This document shows positions 42,802 through 57,723 of a stretch of 64,000 bases of DNA, piece by piece (within the stretch, counting starts at the first letter, position 1; each line of letters begins with the position of its first letter). Made by a program: the position numbers and the translations under genes. The notes below the pieces were generated by a model. The model was given only the letters and a program-made list of their open reading frames with translations. It had not been told where the DNA came from and did not search any database. This stretch comes from Eledone cirrhosa (Eukaryota), in the NCBI GenBank assembly GCA_964016885.1, contig OZ024740.1, forward strand, positions 332,444,001 to 332,508,000, in the 5' to 3' direction.

Positions 42802-43749
42802 CTAGCAGTAAAGCCCGGCGTTGCTCGGGGTCGCTCAGTAGCTGTGTTAAAGTTACAATGTTAAGTTTCTTTCTTGGCTTAAAAACTGTAGTGTCTACTG
42901 TGCAGACTTGCATGTGGTGTTTTTGATTAATATTCCCTCAACCAACAATATGCCTTATGAAGTTAAGAAAACATAACGATAACCCGAATGTTATAACAAA
43001 AGAGGATGCTGGGGATAGAAACTGCACTGGTTATTTATTAACAAAGATCGAAAATGTAAACACTGCAACGCAGAGAAAAACATTAGCGTAACCAAATTAT
43101 CAGTTATGTCTGTCTGCACGCCTATATCACCTCTCTGCACGACTGTCTGTCTGCACGCCTATATCACCTCTCTGCACGACTGTCTGTCTGCACGCCTATA
43201 TCACCTCTCTGCACGACTGTCTGTCTGCACGCCTATATCACCTCTCTGCACGACTGTCTGTCTGCACGACTGTCTGTCTGCACGCCTAACGACGAAATAT
43301 TTGCTTGTTTTACGTAGTCTTTAAATAGACTTGTTTTCAAGTAAAAATATTGTTTTAAAATGCTTTTAAATGGAAATGAAGCAAAACGGAAGTTTAGTGT
43401 TCGAACTGATGAATTTTGCAGGTCAATATTTTGCTGGCTCGACAACTGTTCGTGTATTGTGTTAATGTCATTTTAAACGCTGAGAAAGCCAGCGTAATTT
43501 TTTACGTAAGACGCTCAATGTAAACAGAACAAAGGGAAATAACTGATAACTTACGCTCAAAAATCGATACATTATATTCGATTTCGTCACATAGGGTGGG
43601 TCAATTTGAAATATTTTTTTTCCGATGTCTTCGCTAGGGCTCAATGTACAAGTATAGCAATTTCGGTGCAATTCCGTCAGAGATTCTAAGAGGAGATGTG
43701 TGCCAAAAATCGATAGACAGACAGACAACCACAGTTTTATATATATAGA
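42802..43749 (-). mobile_element. Complete non-autonomous Helitron (~950 bp)
   Basis: Minus strand begins A|TCTATATATATAAAACTGTGGTTGTCTGTCTGTC and ends with the hairpin CCCGAGCAACGCCGGG-ctttactg-CTAG|T. TC...CTAG termini, AT target site, no TSD. Confidence 0.85.
43107..43288 (+). repeat. 37-bp minisatellite, 4 exact copies plus partial units, inside the Helitron
   Basis: tgtctgtctgcacgcctatatcacctctctgcacgac x4. Confidence 0.95.
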
Positions 43750-43886
43750 TTGAACATGCGAAACATAAAATAAAGAGTTCTGCATCAGTGACAAGATCAC
43801 ATAACTATACAGAGTGAGTTGACTAAATTGAATGTCTTTCTCCCCCTCCCCCTCTCTCTCTGTCTCTCTCAATCTACACCCCCCAC

Positions 43887-44022
<136 letters not shown>

Positions 44023-44099
44023 ACTATCAGTTATATATACATTTCTAATATATATATGTGAGACAGCCCCACCCCGAAACACACAGACACACACATCAT

Positions 44100-44362
44100 A
44101 TCTTTTTGGCATGTATCCGCTCACGAATACACTCCACTTGTCTCTGCACTCCACTTGCCTCTTATCAAGTATACTTAAACTGTCACCCGGTTTAACACTC
44201 TCTTCCCGCCCTGAGTTACCTTTAGCAGACTCCACTCTATTTCAAGCATTTAAGTCAGGGCTCCCCTTTAGAGATACATACCACCCACAAATCTCAGAAT
44301 CCTTAAAAAGGTTCATTGACACTGCTGGTCTCTTCTGGAATAATCAATTATTAAAGAAATAA
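44100..44362 (+). pseudogene. Possible Penelope-like RT-endonuclease linker remnant
   Basis: LPFRDTYHPQISESLKRFI...FW resembles the P...TYHP....I...W linker motif of PLE proteins. Short and weak. Confidence 0.3.
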
Positions 44363-47015
44363 CTCTTCTGATTTGAACAGACTCATCTGTTCATTAGTTG
44401 TGTGCTGTGTTATCACGGATATCTTGTCTCTCACCAATCCAAACAATAACAACTTCGCACAGTTTTTCCGCATTTCTCTTCGGAAACTACACTATGCCCA
44501 GGTGTTTTCCTATAACAGGCAATTTATAGATGTTTTGAAAAACATCAACCATTTTAATTATGTTTTTCGAAGAAAGAATGAATATAAAGCACATGAAATT
44601 CTGTAGCATCTATTTTGTTTAAAGTAACCTACTAACAACGTCAAAAAGATGTCATTAAGAGAAAACATTTGTATTCCATCAATATATCTTGTTATTTACA
44701 TATTTAAATTTTATCTTAAAATGTTAATCAAGATAATTAGTTTTCGCCCACCGCATTTGTTAATTATAATTTAAACTGGAAGCTTGAGTGTGGATGATTT
44801 CTATATATGTATCTATAGCTTAACGAATAATTTGAAAAATAGTAATCGAAGGATGCCTGATTATGCATTTAAAATTAATAAATACAGACATTTGTAGTTT
44901 CATAACAATTTTGTTATTCTCTGAAAAACACCAATTATGTAATTTTATTTCTAGAATTCCATTAGATTCTTAATTACAAAATGAATATAAATTATATATA
45001 ACCATATTATGGATGATTTTGCTGAGAATATAATATGTCTTGAAATAAATATTCAGTCCAGGAAGTAACGTTTAAATTGATGTTAAGTAAATAGATATCG
45101 GCACTGTCAATAAAGAAACGATTTGGTTAATGATAGAAATACTTCTAGTTTCGAAAAAATGTAACTGGTTTTGTCGAGATTCAGTAGGTAAGTTTTTTTA
45201 TTGCGAGTACATACATATGTTTGTTTTATTTAAAGTAAGTGCCAAAGCAGTTAATACAGTGGTCCAAACAAATGTTTGGTCAATTAATTTCCCTTCTTTT
45301 GTAAAGAGAAACATAATTTAGCGCTAATGATAAATGTGTTTATGTTTTCCTGAAATACAACGAAAAGAACAACAAATTAAAAATCGTTAAAACAATAAAT
45401 GTCATTGTTTGTCAAATCTATTATAATTCTTTGACATTTATACTTGGAGATTCCATCAATGCTACCTCTTCCGCCTCAAGGTTTTTCAGTGTTATTTTTA
45501 CTTTAATAGCAAGGGTCTATAACATTCTTTAAACACATTCAAACGTATATGCACAATTCTCTCGTTAACAAAACAAAACTAACAACAAAACGATTTGCAA
45601 ATGATCAAATACAAGGGAAATTTCAGAAACCACAATATCGTTTCTTGATAACTCCTACGTAATCTTTGCCGTTCAACTTGGCGTGATTAAAAAGAAAATC
45701 AATCAATTCCTATGATCGATATAACCACCAGTTCGAACAATCTTAATTAGTAAACCCTATGAGTAAACCATATGTATATGTGCCTGTTTTCATAGTGTTA
45801 GAATGTATATTATAGCCATATTATGAGTTTCGGGATAACTACGTTTCATAAGTACGTAGTTGACTGTAGAAGCGCTGAAACTGTTACAACAGAGCTAGTA
45901 ATCACTTGGATTCAGAAAATATTTCGTTCCTTACATAATTAATAATATAATTTCTATTATTACAAGAAATAATATAGTCATGCGAACATATATTTACGTG
46001 TTTACGTACCAGATAGATTTGTGTTTAATTTGTATAGGTGTGTGCATATGATTTCCATTCTATGTGTCTCTCGTAGAAATTTATTGACCCTCGAAATATA
46101 ACATAAAATATACATAAAAATATGCATGGTACAGACTTACTCAGGAACAATCAAAATGGTATGACTAAACTGCTAGACCACTAGTTTCAAAATGTTAAAC
46201 TTACGACAATCATGTTACGACTGGTACATGAAAGTTCGATGATAATAACATAGAGGAAGTTATCCTATGTGCCCTTATAGGTATTTGCAATATTCGTTAT
46301 ATTGAAATATATTTATCCTCAGATATATTATCCGACAAAGTGTATAAGATATTGCGTATAACCACACAACTACAATGCGTGCATGTGTGTGTTTGAATGA
46401 ATACATAAAAATAACACGCATACGTACACGCATACAAATTAAATATTAACGTATCTATCACTGCTACAATGATGTAGGACCTATGTGTATATAAGTAAGT
46501 GATTAATAAATTGACGATTCTATAGTGTTTTGTGAAAATTAGAACGCAGGAAAAGATAGTTGATATTTACTACTAAATCAAAATTGAAGCAATATTGAGC
46601 TGTTTTTCTATGCTAATAATGACTTTCTAAATGGAAAAATTTAACTAAAGTTTATAGATAGTGATTTGTTGTTGGGCTGTTGTAGTAATGGCGGTGCTAT
46701 TGTTCTAGCTTGTATTGTTGTACTTATAGTCTCTGAAAAGGCGAAGACATGACGCCAGTTTTGAAACATTAAAGTTATTATTTGGTATTTTATTGACTTC
46801 TTCTCTTCTTTATTCTATTAAATAGAATTGGTTGAATGCTGAAACGGTTTTGTTTCTTTATATTTTTTAACAGTACGATTAAATCAATACACACACACAC
46901 ACCCACACGCAAACACACACACATATATATATATACATATGTGTGTGTGAGTAACTAAGTGTATGTGCCTTGTAGTACGCATACATGACGTTATCTTTTA
47001 TACAATATAAACACA

Positions 47016-47061
<46 letters not shown>

Positions 47062-47799
47062 CACACATTTATATATATACTTTTCGTGTACATTATTTCG
47101 TCTTTTGTAATATTACAAGCTATCCGTCCGTATCTAAAGACGTTTTTATCATATCGATTAATCTATTCTCAAAACCTAAATAATATACTTGATCATTGAT
47201 AACAACTGACCATTGTTGATCCATTTCGATCTTATTAGACCTATAATTAAATAAACGAATATATATATATATATTTATATATATGTATATACACATACAT
47301 ATATATGCACAATAAAATATACGCGTCTGTAAGTAATGGCTTATGTGTTTGAATGTGCGGAATGATATATGTAAGAGAAATAATATTGCATTATATTTAG
47401 GAATTACTTATTCGTACATATATATATTTATATATATGAGTTCTTTTTGTTACCAATCATAAATACAGTTTTTCCGCAATTCTATTTACTTACATACAAT
47501 TGTAGAATAGTGCACATTTGTTATTATGTAAAGTGTTTATATTATAGTAACTGCCGTTGATGCACACATATACATGATTACACACAGTCACCCCGCCCCC
47601 ATAAATATATATATATATATATATAAATATCTACAAGGGGTAAAGATACCCTTCGATAACGAATGACCATAGAAAGGTCTCCCTGAGGCGCAAGTTTGTT
47701 TGTGGAAAACCAACATTCGCCCATACATACCAGTCTCCCCTTCCACGCCCCCGAATTTGTCCGATACTGCTTGGCACCACTCATTTCTACAGCAACATG

Positions 47800-47835
<36 letters not shown>

Positions 47836-47906
47836 AGCATCCTATATATATATATATAGAAAGGATAAAAAGGACGATTGATTATTCCTTCATTGCATTT
47901 ATTGAT

Positions 47907-47993
47907 AGGTGACGCGCGTTTCGCCACTGATCAGCTCAATGTTCGATCTATATCGATCCTACCCGGCTCAATAATCGGTAGCTCGACGGACCC
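47907..47993 (-). ncRNA. Variant hammerhead motif (left arm)
   Basis: Minus strand: GGGT-CCGTCGA-GCTAC...GTGGC-GAAAC-GCGC-GTC-ACCT. Confidence 0.6.
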
Positions 47994-50444
47994 TCTTAAA
48001 ATGCTATAAGAAAATGAAATACATGCTACGTGGTAAAGACAGAGTTTCAAGAGTTTGACAAAATGAGATGTTTTGATTGGTGAGAAGGATCAAGGCGATG
48101 TACTGGCCTGTAGTGTATATGAGGGTGGGTGTGATGGTGAGATGTTGGTGACGGTCTGTGGATGAGGTGGGCTGTGTGGTGGTGGTGGTGGGTTCGCCTT
48201 GGCATGTAGAGTATGTGGAGGTGGATGTGATGATATGGTGGTGGTTAAGGTTATTTAGTGGGATGGGCTGTGGTACGAGGTTAGTGGATAGTCAGTAGAC
48301 GGGTTGGTGTGGGTGGGTGTGTGGTAGTGGTGCCTTTGTCTATGGTAGCGGCGTTTGTGGTGGTGTGGTGGATGTATTAGTGGCGTCAGGTCCTTACATA
48401 GATACATAGTTAGACGCACTTCGTCTGACAGATACTTTGTATATACGTATACGTACACACATATATGTATATATGTGCACATATATTGTTGTATAAACAC
48501 ACACAACATAAAACACATACGCACATCCTTGCCCACACATATCGGCATACGCTCACACACAGCCATATGTATATGTACACACATGTCTGTGCATGCGCGC
48601 ATGCGGTCACCAATATGGGGAGTGGGGCAGTATCGGTGGGGGTGGCGAACGACAGAGATGGGGGGAAGGTGAGAGGCGATGTAGAGGATGTTTTACTTAT
48701 ATACACATACACATACATACACATGGGTATGGGCACATGGACTCACACTCATGTATGCAAGATATACACATACACACTCGCACACACGTATACTCATACA
48801 TATATATATACAAATATATATATATATACACACACATGTACCGACAACACACACATATACGCACATATACACACACATGCACATATATGAGCTCACCTAC
48901 ACATACACACACACATATATATACACACACATACTCATATGCATACACATACACATATATATATATATTCAGATATATATATACACACACATAGACATAT
49001 GCATACACATGTGTTCACATACACACACACAAACATAGAGATAAATTTGCGTACACGCACGCACACTTAAAACGCCCATCTTGCCGAACATATCACCCCA
49101 GCACCACCACCATCACCATGTCCACAACACACATCGCCGTACGTCCATGAACGCTTTTCCCCCGCGTTCCCTATGTCACCTTTTAACCGGTATTCGATCC
49201 GGTATATATATTTTGTCCCTCACAACTCCACCACCACCACAAAACACAACACTATACATCATCAACACCGACAAAACATACCTCCCCTCCCCAACCAACA
49301 ATAGTGTGTGTGTCTGTGTGTAAGTATGTTACTCATACGGGCGTTTTAAGTGTGCGTGCATGTACGCAAATGTATCTCTATGTGTGTGTGTGTATGTATG
49401 TGAACACATGTGTATGCATGTCTATGTGTGTGTATATATATATCTGAATATATATATATGTGTATGTGTATGCATATGAGTATGTGTGTGTATATATATG
49501 TGTGTGTATGTGTACGTCTGCATATATGTATATGGGTAAATCTGACTGTATGTGTAGGTGAGCTCATATATGTGCATGTGTGTGTATACGTGCGTATATG
49601 TGTGTTGTCGGTACATGTGTGTGTATATATATATATATATGTATATATATATGTATGAGTAAACGTGTGTGCGAGTGTGTATGTGTATATCTTGCATACA
49701 TGAGTGTGAGTCCATGTGCCCATGCCCATGTGTATGTATGTGTATGTATATATGTAAAACACCCTTTACATCGCCTCTCACCTTCCCCCCATCTCTGTCG
49801 TTCGCCACCCCCACCGATACTCCCCCCACTCTCCATATTGGTGCCCGCATGCGCGCATGCACAGACATGTGTGTACATATACATATGGCTGTGTGTGAGC
49901 GTATGCCGATATGTGTGGGCAAGGATGTGCGTATGTGTTTGATGTTGTGTGTGTTTATACAACAATATATGTGCACATATATACATATATGTGTGTACGT
50001 ATACGTATATACAAAGTATCTGTCAGACGAAGTGCGTCTAACTATGTATCTATGTAAGGACCTGACGCCACTAATACATCCACCACACCACCACAAACGC
50101 CGCTACCATAGACAAAGGACCACTACCACACCAACCCGTCTACTGACTATCCACTAACCTCATACCACAGCCCATCCCACTAAATAACCTTAACCACCAC
50201 CATATCATCACATCCACCTCCACATACTCTACACGCCAAGGCCAACCCACCACCACCACACCACAGCCCACCTCATCCACAGACCGTCACCAACATCTCA
50301 CCATCACACCCACCCTCATATACACTACAGGCCAGTACATCGCCTTGATCCTTCTCACCAATCAAAACATCTCATTTTGTCAAACTCTTGAAACTCTGTC
50401 TTTACCACGTAGCATGTATTTCATTTTCTTATAGCATTTTAAGA

Positions 50445-50531
50445 GGGTCCGTCGAGCTGCCGATTATTGAGTCGGGTAGGATCGATATAGATCGAACATT
50501 GAGCTGATCAGTGGCGAAACGCGCGTCACCT
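50445..50531 (+). ncRNA. Variant hammerhead motif (right arm) with enlarged stem II
   Basis: GGGT-CCGTCGA(50449-50455)-GCTGC...GTGGC-GAAAC(50516-50520)-GCGC-GTC-ACCT. The core deviates from CUGANGA at two positions. Confidence 0.6.
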
Positions 50532-50680
50532 ATCAATAAATGCAATGAAGGAATAATCAATCGTCCTTTTTATCCTTTCTATATTTTACACTCTGTATAG
50601 CTATATACATCATCACAGAAGTGAACCTAAACATCGAGTGCTCACCCGGGTGAACCTGCAGTAACTCCTAGTTACACCCA

Positions 50681-50753
<73 letters not shown>

Positions 50754-50755
<2 letters not shown>

Positions 50756-51495
50756 GTGCGTGTGTTTCTTATTGGCAACATGACCCTCCCAAATATATAT
50801 ATACATATTTCGTTTCTGAATTTGTTTAGCAAGATTCTTTATCTGAAAACGTGTGTTGAAACCGATATCGTTATACTTTAGGAGGGTCATGTTGCCAGTA
50901 AGAAACACACGCACCAGTTGCTTTCACTTCAATTTATTATAAATTAAATTTATAAATTTAGTAATTTATAAATTTCCCGTTGGGTGGTTGGTTCCACAAC
51001 CAGACGATTGTTAATATATTGTCAAAGTTCTTTCGTCACACATTCTGTGACCTCTTCAGTGACTGGGGATTCATTTCTTTGCTTTTGTGCCTCTCCTTTG
51101 TTCTGTCCTACGCCATCTTGTGTTTGTGTATGTTGTGTGCTTAGTTTGCGCATGTGTTACATCCGGGTGTCTGTGTGTATTTATATTTGTTTATTTATTT
51201 GTTTATTTACATGTTACTGTTTGGTTGCTTGTTCTATGTGTGTGTGTGTTTTCATTTTGTCCTTAATTGTAAGTTGTGATGTTGCTATTCCATTCATGTT
51301 TTCTATTTAATTTTGGTTGGAGTTCATTTATGTGTATTGCCTCTGTGAAAGAACTTTGACAATATATGAACAATCGCCTGGTTGTGGAACCAACCAACTA
51401 ACCGGAAATTTATAAATTCCTTAATTTATAATAAATTGAAGTGAAAGTAACTGGTGCGTGCGTTTCTTATTGGCAACATGATCCTCCCAAAGTAT

Positions 51496-51502
<7 letters not shown>
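50754..51502. mobile_element. Foldback element in (TA)n: arms 50866-51034 / 51347-51502, left tail 50800-50865, plus an extra short copy at 50754-50792
   Basis: gttatactttaggagggtcatgttgccagtaagaaac...gtcaaagttctttc versus gaaagaactttgac...tttcttattggcaacatgatcctcccaaagtataac. Confidence 0.85.
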
Positions 51503-51547
<45 letters not shown>

Positions 51548-51989
51548 GATGGTCAATCGTAGGAAAAATCTGCAAATACAGGTTGTTGTTATATAATAGT
51601 TAATCAAATTCGTGTACAGACTGTTAGAGGGGAAACTATGTTGGCAGTGGCCGCTACTATGTATCGAACTGCGTGTCTCCCAAATGATGGTTAAGTGATC
51701 TCACCATTGTGCTAAGGAACATTTGATAATTTCTCAACATTATGGAGCTGAATCATTGGTTTTCAAAGGGTAAACACAAAACGTGAGCAAAGCACGATGA
51801 TGAAAACACCCAGCCTCTATCTGAGAGATACGGAATTCGATTCGTTGTATTAGCCACTTACAACATTCTTCTGTCTCTAGGGGGCTTTACCCGATTTTTA
51901 TGAGCCATTTTAGTGCGACTTGCTGTAATTGCTCTTATTGTCTGCGCTTCAGTATCGTCCATCTTCTTATAAAAGGATTTCCTCAGCGC

Positions 51990-52185
<196 letters not shown>

Positions 52186-53439
52186 TTTTATAGCTATTTA
52201 TAAGTGTAGATCTCAGTAGAAATAAATTTGTTATATATTTAAGAATTTATTGAAAGTTATGGCTATCTTATTCCTATATTTTCTATTTTCGCAATACAAT
52301 TTTTTCAGAATACATGCATATTAGCTTATCCGGAAACACGGTAGAAAAAATATATAAATATCATAATAAGCATCAGAATATTGATTTTGATAATAATTTA
52401 TTTGTCAGGTTCATAAACCGTGAAATCAGATCCCTTCAATATGTCACAATTGCTCTACAGCGAAACCATCTACTCTCCTGATTATATATTGCTGTAGATA
52501 GTAATCCTCTAAAATGACTGATGAAATCGAACAGCTAACAGCTATAAATGTGTGAGAAGATATAGTATATAAATATATGTAGCAGTCGTGGATTTAATAA
52601 TTTACCACACTTTTTCAGGCCGTTACTCATATCTTTCATAATCGAATATTCCAGTAAATTAATGATGGAAATCTTCAAAACATAAAACATTAAATAATAT
52701 CACACAACTTGGTACTGAATAGATTTTCATATGAGAAACGTTATAATTTACGATCTGACATTGCGTTACATAACCGAAAATATATTACTTTCATATGAAT
52801 TAAAAACACGTATGTGGAGATAACTTTCCTGAACTTAATAAACATAAAGATTCCCTAAAGAAACATATATGCGTAATCGTCTATGTATATATATATAATA
52901 TAGTTTTGTGTGTGTGTGTTTTTGTATAATTTTTCTCCCACAAGCTTCTGTGAGATGTCTATTTGTATTTCCTTCGGTGATATTCCTATTGTTTTCATAT
53001 GTTTATGTATTTTTATATGCATGTGTATGCATTCTTTCACTAACTCTCCGTAATTGCTATTCCTATCTGTGTGTGCATTCCTATGGGTTACAGTAATTTT
53101 TTCTACTCGTCACTAGTTAGATGTGTTGTAATTATTTAATCCTGCATTCTATAGTTTATATTAGTTTTCATACGCCTGAAAATATATTCCCATAAAAGTG
53201 TTGTCATTAATTAATTGGCTGTGGGTTTGCATCTAACCTGCGTGTGGATATTATTGTGCCTCAAAATTGACCACAATGTTGGTATATATGTATCAATCCG
53301 TAACTCCAGATGGAATCGAAGAGGGTGGCGTAGTGACATACAGAGTTCTTTGGGTATTTTAAACATATCGGAGTCTATCTATTCCCCTTGTCTAAACACA
53401 GCCAATTCCAGAGAAGGAATGACTGCAATATAGTGGAAT

Positions 53440-53622
53440 TGAAAACGAGATGTAGAGGTAGAATCGACCCCAGTATTGGACTGAGACTTATTTTATCGAA
53501 CTCCAAAGGATAAGAGGCAAACTTTACCTCACCATAATTTGAACTGAAAACACAGAGAGCCAGACTGAATACCGCAGAGCCTTCTATCCAACATTCTAAC
53601 TGTTCTGCCACTTTACTGCCTA
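53440..53622 (-). mobile_element. tRNA-type SINE (diverged)
   Basis: gaccccagt...ttattttatcgaactccaaaggataagaggcaaactttacctc...atttgaact. Confidence 0.7.
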
Positions 53623-54521
53623 TGTTGATAAAGTGCTGATGAATTTCTCCTGTCTTTATTTCCCACTAATCCTTCGTCATATTTTCTACTATATTTTCTA
53701 CGTACATCGTCGCCACGTTACCAGAATGTGCCTTTGCGCTCCTTATACTATATACAACATTTCTAATTTTACTATTTCTGTCAGTAGAGGTTTTTATCTT
53801 AATTCCTGATTAGAGATTTGATGGAGATAACTGTTTCTTCTTCTTTCTAATACCATACCATCAATCTTAGTATATCTACGTGTGTTCACTTCTTGTAGTA
53901 GCATACACAAGTATCACATTCTTCTACATTTTCTGGTTACACCCCGAGCAGACACCATCTCATTGGCATGCTGGGATGAAAGCTAATACTGTCATAACTT
54001 TAATGTATTAGTTGTCATAGGTTTTTATATGATGAAGCCCCGGCTCTCTTGTGTCAACCACTTGGAGATACATTTGATTCTCCTGGAAAAACATCCACAC
54101 ATTGTTCCACAGTGAAATCGATGTCATTGATGGATGGGCATACGGACACCCTATATATGCTACATAATCTAAATTGTGCCATCACAGAAGGGGTCCTTTC
54201 ATCGATCCTAACGAGGAGGTCCCCTTAGTGGTTTGTATGCAGTTATGGACATTTTGATGGTGGCGCCTACGAATATCGAAAGGAAATAATAGAGCCTATA
54301 GTCATATAAAAAAGATCAGATGAACATAGTAAATATATGCCCTGTTGTATGCAGTTTCAAGGACCTACTTAGAAGAGTAATTTACTGTCGACGTAAACAA
54401 GCACTAGGAAAATTTGACATTTGATATGCGTTAGTTTCACTGCAAATACCCATAATAATAATAGTCGATCAACGAACTATTCCGTTTCTTTAATCGATTT
54501 TCTGAACTTTCCTGTTATTAT

Positions 54522-54715
54522 TAGGGTCTGGATTGGCAGTATCGGTAGAGGGTCAGACGCCATGCTTTCCAGCATAGTTACGTCCCTTTACGATCTGAGT
54601 TCAAATCCCGCCAAGGTTGACTTAGGCCTTTCATCCTTACGGGGTCGATAACATAAAGTACCACAAATGCACTGGGTATTTGCTGGCCTTGTGCCTAAAG
54701 TAGAAACAATTATTA
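54522..54715 (+). mobile_element. tRNA-type SINE
   Basis: ttggcagtatcggtagag...gagttcaaatcccgccaagg...tttcatccttacggggtcgata...ttgctggccttgtgcctaaagtagaaacaattatt. Confidence 0.85.
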
Positions 54716-55338
54716 GGGTCAGTTGCGTTGGCACGCACACATTTTAAATTGACCCAATGATGCTTACGTCAACCACTTTGTTTATGTGCATATAGATATA
54801 TTACTTTTTAATATAATTTCTAAACACGCAAGTAAATTTTCAATAGTAGTTCGTGCATTTTTCATAATGTTCTTTTAGATTCATCTAGAAAAGATTTATG
54901 ACGAATATAATTTCCGTAAATATTACTCTTCTACTATTGAATTATATGATTAAGATGTATTTTAAGGCTACTATGTCTGTAATTTATAGGTAATAAATAA
55001 CATTACACAAACAGCTTAGATAAGATTTGACAAATCTGGAAATCGAAAATATCTTACTGCATCTTACCCTTTTCTAATCAACCTGTCTCGGCGTCTAACT
55101 TTATTATTTTGCTAAAACCCTCTTACCACCATAAAGCACACTCCCACATACATGCACACACACACACACACACTCACACAAACACAACAAAAACACACAC
55201 ACACACATACAAACACAAACAAACCTATCTATATACATTTAGTGATTGTAATGTCAGTTAGTGTAGTAGACCGGAGTGAACATTCCTCGTTTCCAGTAAG
55301 TATATTGGTGTAGTACTAAGTATACTATAATGCTAATT

Positions 55339-55412
<74 letters not shown>

Positions 55413-55414
<2 letters not shown>

Positions 55415-55525
55415 TATTCCGAGGATTTGATCATGGACACACACTGTATTTAAGGTCGAGTGACGCAATTTCGAGTGATTAGTGGCCTTTAGACTCACCT
55501 GAACAATGAAACAATAGTTAATACT
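55413..55525 (+). ncRNA. Variant hammerhead within a ~165-bp (TA)n-flanked insertion (55412-55578)
   Basis: AGTATT-CCGAGGA(55419-55425)-tTTGaTCAtGG...CCTGAaCAAt-GAAAC(55508-55512)-AATA-GTT-AATACT. Perfect 6-bp stem I, enlarged stem II. Confidence 0.65.
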
Positions 55526-55573
55526 GTAAATAAAACGCTTTTTGTACAGCTGACTATGTTATTCTTCACTCTT

Positions 55574-55610
<37 letters not shown>

Positions 55611-56329
55611 GGGTCAAGGCTAAATATTTGCGAAACACCAAATGTTATGTTGCATATGGAGAATGTTTCCTTTACACAGGGAATATTTAACATATTATTG
55701 GATGCATTTTCAACAGAAGCAATATATAATGTTCCAATTTATATTCGTGAATATAATTACTCGTAATGTTTGTGCATATTTAAATGCTGAAGACATGATG
55801 CATTATCCGGATTAGTATTTTTTTGTTTATTTCTCTTATTCTGGCGGTTGCCTTTAGTCATCTGAATCCGGGGTTTGGTTATGAAACGGATGATGTTTGC
55901 TTTCGCTACATGCATGTTCAGCCAATTATAATTTTCGTAGTTGTGGGACAAATGATAATATGTTTAGCTAGACTTATTTCTACTTGTATTTTGTTATGCT
56001 TTCGAAGTGTTTTAATTGAGGGTATAGGTGCTTCTAGAATCTGGATTTTGACAGTATCAGTACAAAAATGTGTCTATGTGTATTGGATTCATTTAATCGT
56101 TGTATGTTTTAGCTAAATATGTGTAGTATTGACTGGCCCTAATAAATTTAGGTTTGATATCTTTTAGTTTGTTATTGGCTAACGGGTAGAAGAATGTTGA
56201 AAATTGTGGGTTTGGTAAAGGTTATATATTGATATCCGGCGTGTTTTGAGGTATTTGAAAACCGATTGAGAATGATAGAATGGAAGTAATATAGAAAGAA
56301 GAATTGAGCCGTGTAAAGAACCGCACTTA

Positions 56330-56375
56330 TTTGATAGATCGCTAAAGGCAAAGTTGACCTCGTTGGGATCTGCCA
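56330..56375 (-). mobile_element. SINE fragment
   Basis: aaaggcaaagttgacctcgttgggatctg matches the reverse of the SINE core. Confidence 0.5.
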
Positions 56376-56489
56376 TTTCCTAACCTGAAAGCTGATGATA
56401 AAAGGAAAACAAAATTTTTAAAAGCAATTCATCGCATTAGCACAGTTGCAGTTCAATGATAGTTGATTTTCTTTGTGGAATATTCGCTT

Positions 56490-56603
<114 letters not shown>

Positions 56604-56657
56604 CAGAGAGAGAGGGGAGAGGGAGAGAGCGAGAGAGAGAGAGAGAGAGCGAGAGAG

Positions 56658-56697
<40 letters not shown>

Positions 56698-57542
56698 GTG
56701 TGTTGTCACAATGATAGAGTGTCATGGAGGAAGAAGGCAAATCTGGAATTCTACTTATCAAATAACATCACGAGTATCCTGAACATGTACCTCCATGAAC
56801 ACAGGAAAAGAAGAGAAAAGTGTGAGCAAAGTGTAAACGTGTGAGCATGGCCTTCGCTCACTGTTATAACAGGAAGGCAATTTTCTATGATTATAGCCAA
56901 CGTTATGCTTTCGTGATCTTGCATTCAAACAAATGAATTAAGCAAAAATTGCTGTATGGCGATTGATTGTATGTGATGGAAGTATAGCTAGGTGTGGCAA
57001 AGTAGCATATTGTTTACTAATGGAATATTTGAGTTGGTCATTTTACGCCTAATCTAGCGATTGCCCCTCATTCCTTTGTATAGATTCGAAGAAAAAATAA
57101 TCGATATTCGTGTCAGAAATTTGTGCTTTTCTGACAACAATTGGCTACACAAGTCCTCCTTTTAATTGTTGTAGCGCAGGTTACTGGGTACTTTGTTGTC
57201 GAAATCAGCAGCAATTGTAAAAAGTGATTGCTGAGGTAAAAAGTGTGAACTGAATTCTAATTACTGTTTCTATAAAAAGAATTGTCCCACATTATACTTT
57301 AGTAGACGGAGGCAATTATATGTATATTATTCTAAAGCTGTTCAAGTCTTCACGCTTTACCCTAGGTTCAAATTCAACTCCCCCCCCCCCCCCACACGCA
57401 CTCACACACACATACAAACATACCACCCACACACATATATATATGTGTGTGTGCGTGTGTGTGTGTGTGTGTGAGCACGCCCCTGTATTTGCGTATGTAC
57501 TCATGTATCTGTATATATATATATATACACATATATATACAC

Positions 57543-57599
<57 letters not shown>

Positions 57600-57637
57600 T
57601 ATATATATATACAAATATATAAACACACACACACACG

Positions 57638-57702
<65 letters not shown>

Positions 57703-57723
57703 GCACACATATATATATATATA

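Larger units (their letters stand above)
47858..50683. mobile_element. Large foldback element in (TA)n: ~1.2-kb arms (47858-49077 / 49339-50582), 260-bp spacer, ~100-bp right tail
   Basis: ORFs 48355..48672(+) and 49422..50096(-) share identical N-terminal peptides. agaaaggataaaaaggacg versus cgtcctttttatcctttct. Confidence 0.95.

Noticed and set aside
42638-42913. Minus-strand ORF superficially resembling Helitron RepHel linker sequence
   Set aside because: It runs across the Helitron 3' terminus (CTAG at 42802) into flanking DNA, so the resemblance is likely coincidental.
43107-43288. CRISPR-like array
   Set aside because: The units are contiguous identical tandem repeats with no spacers, in eukaryotic DNA.
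50960-51040. Hammerhead in the 50754-51502 family (GTGACGA...GAAATTTATAAATT on the minus strand)
   Set aside because: A palindromic stem III candidate exists, but the 5' core is altered or truncated at the arm boundary and no stem I is evident.
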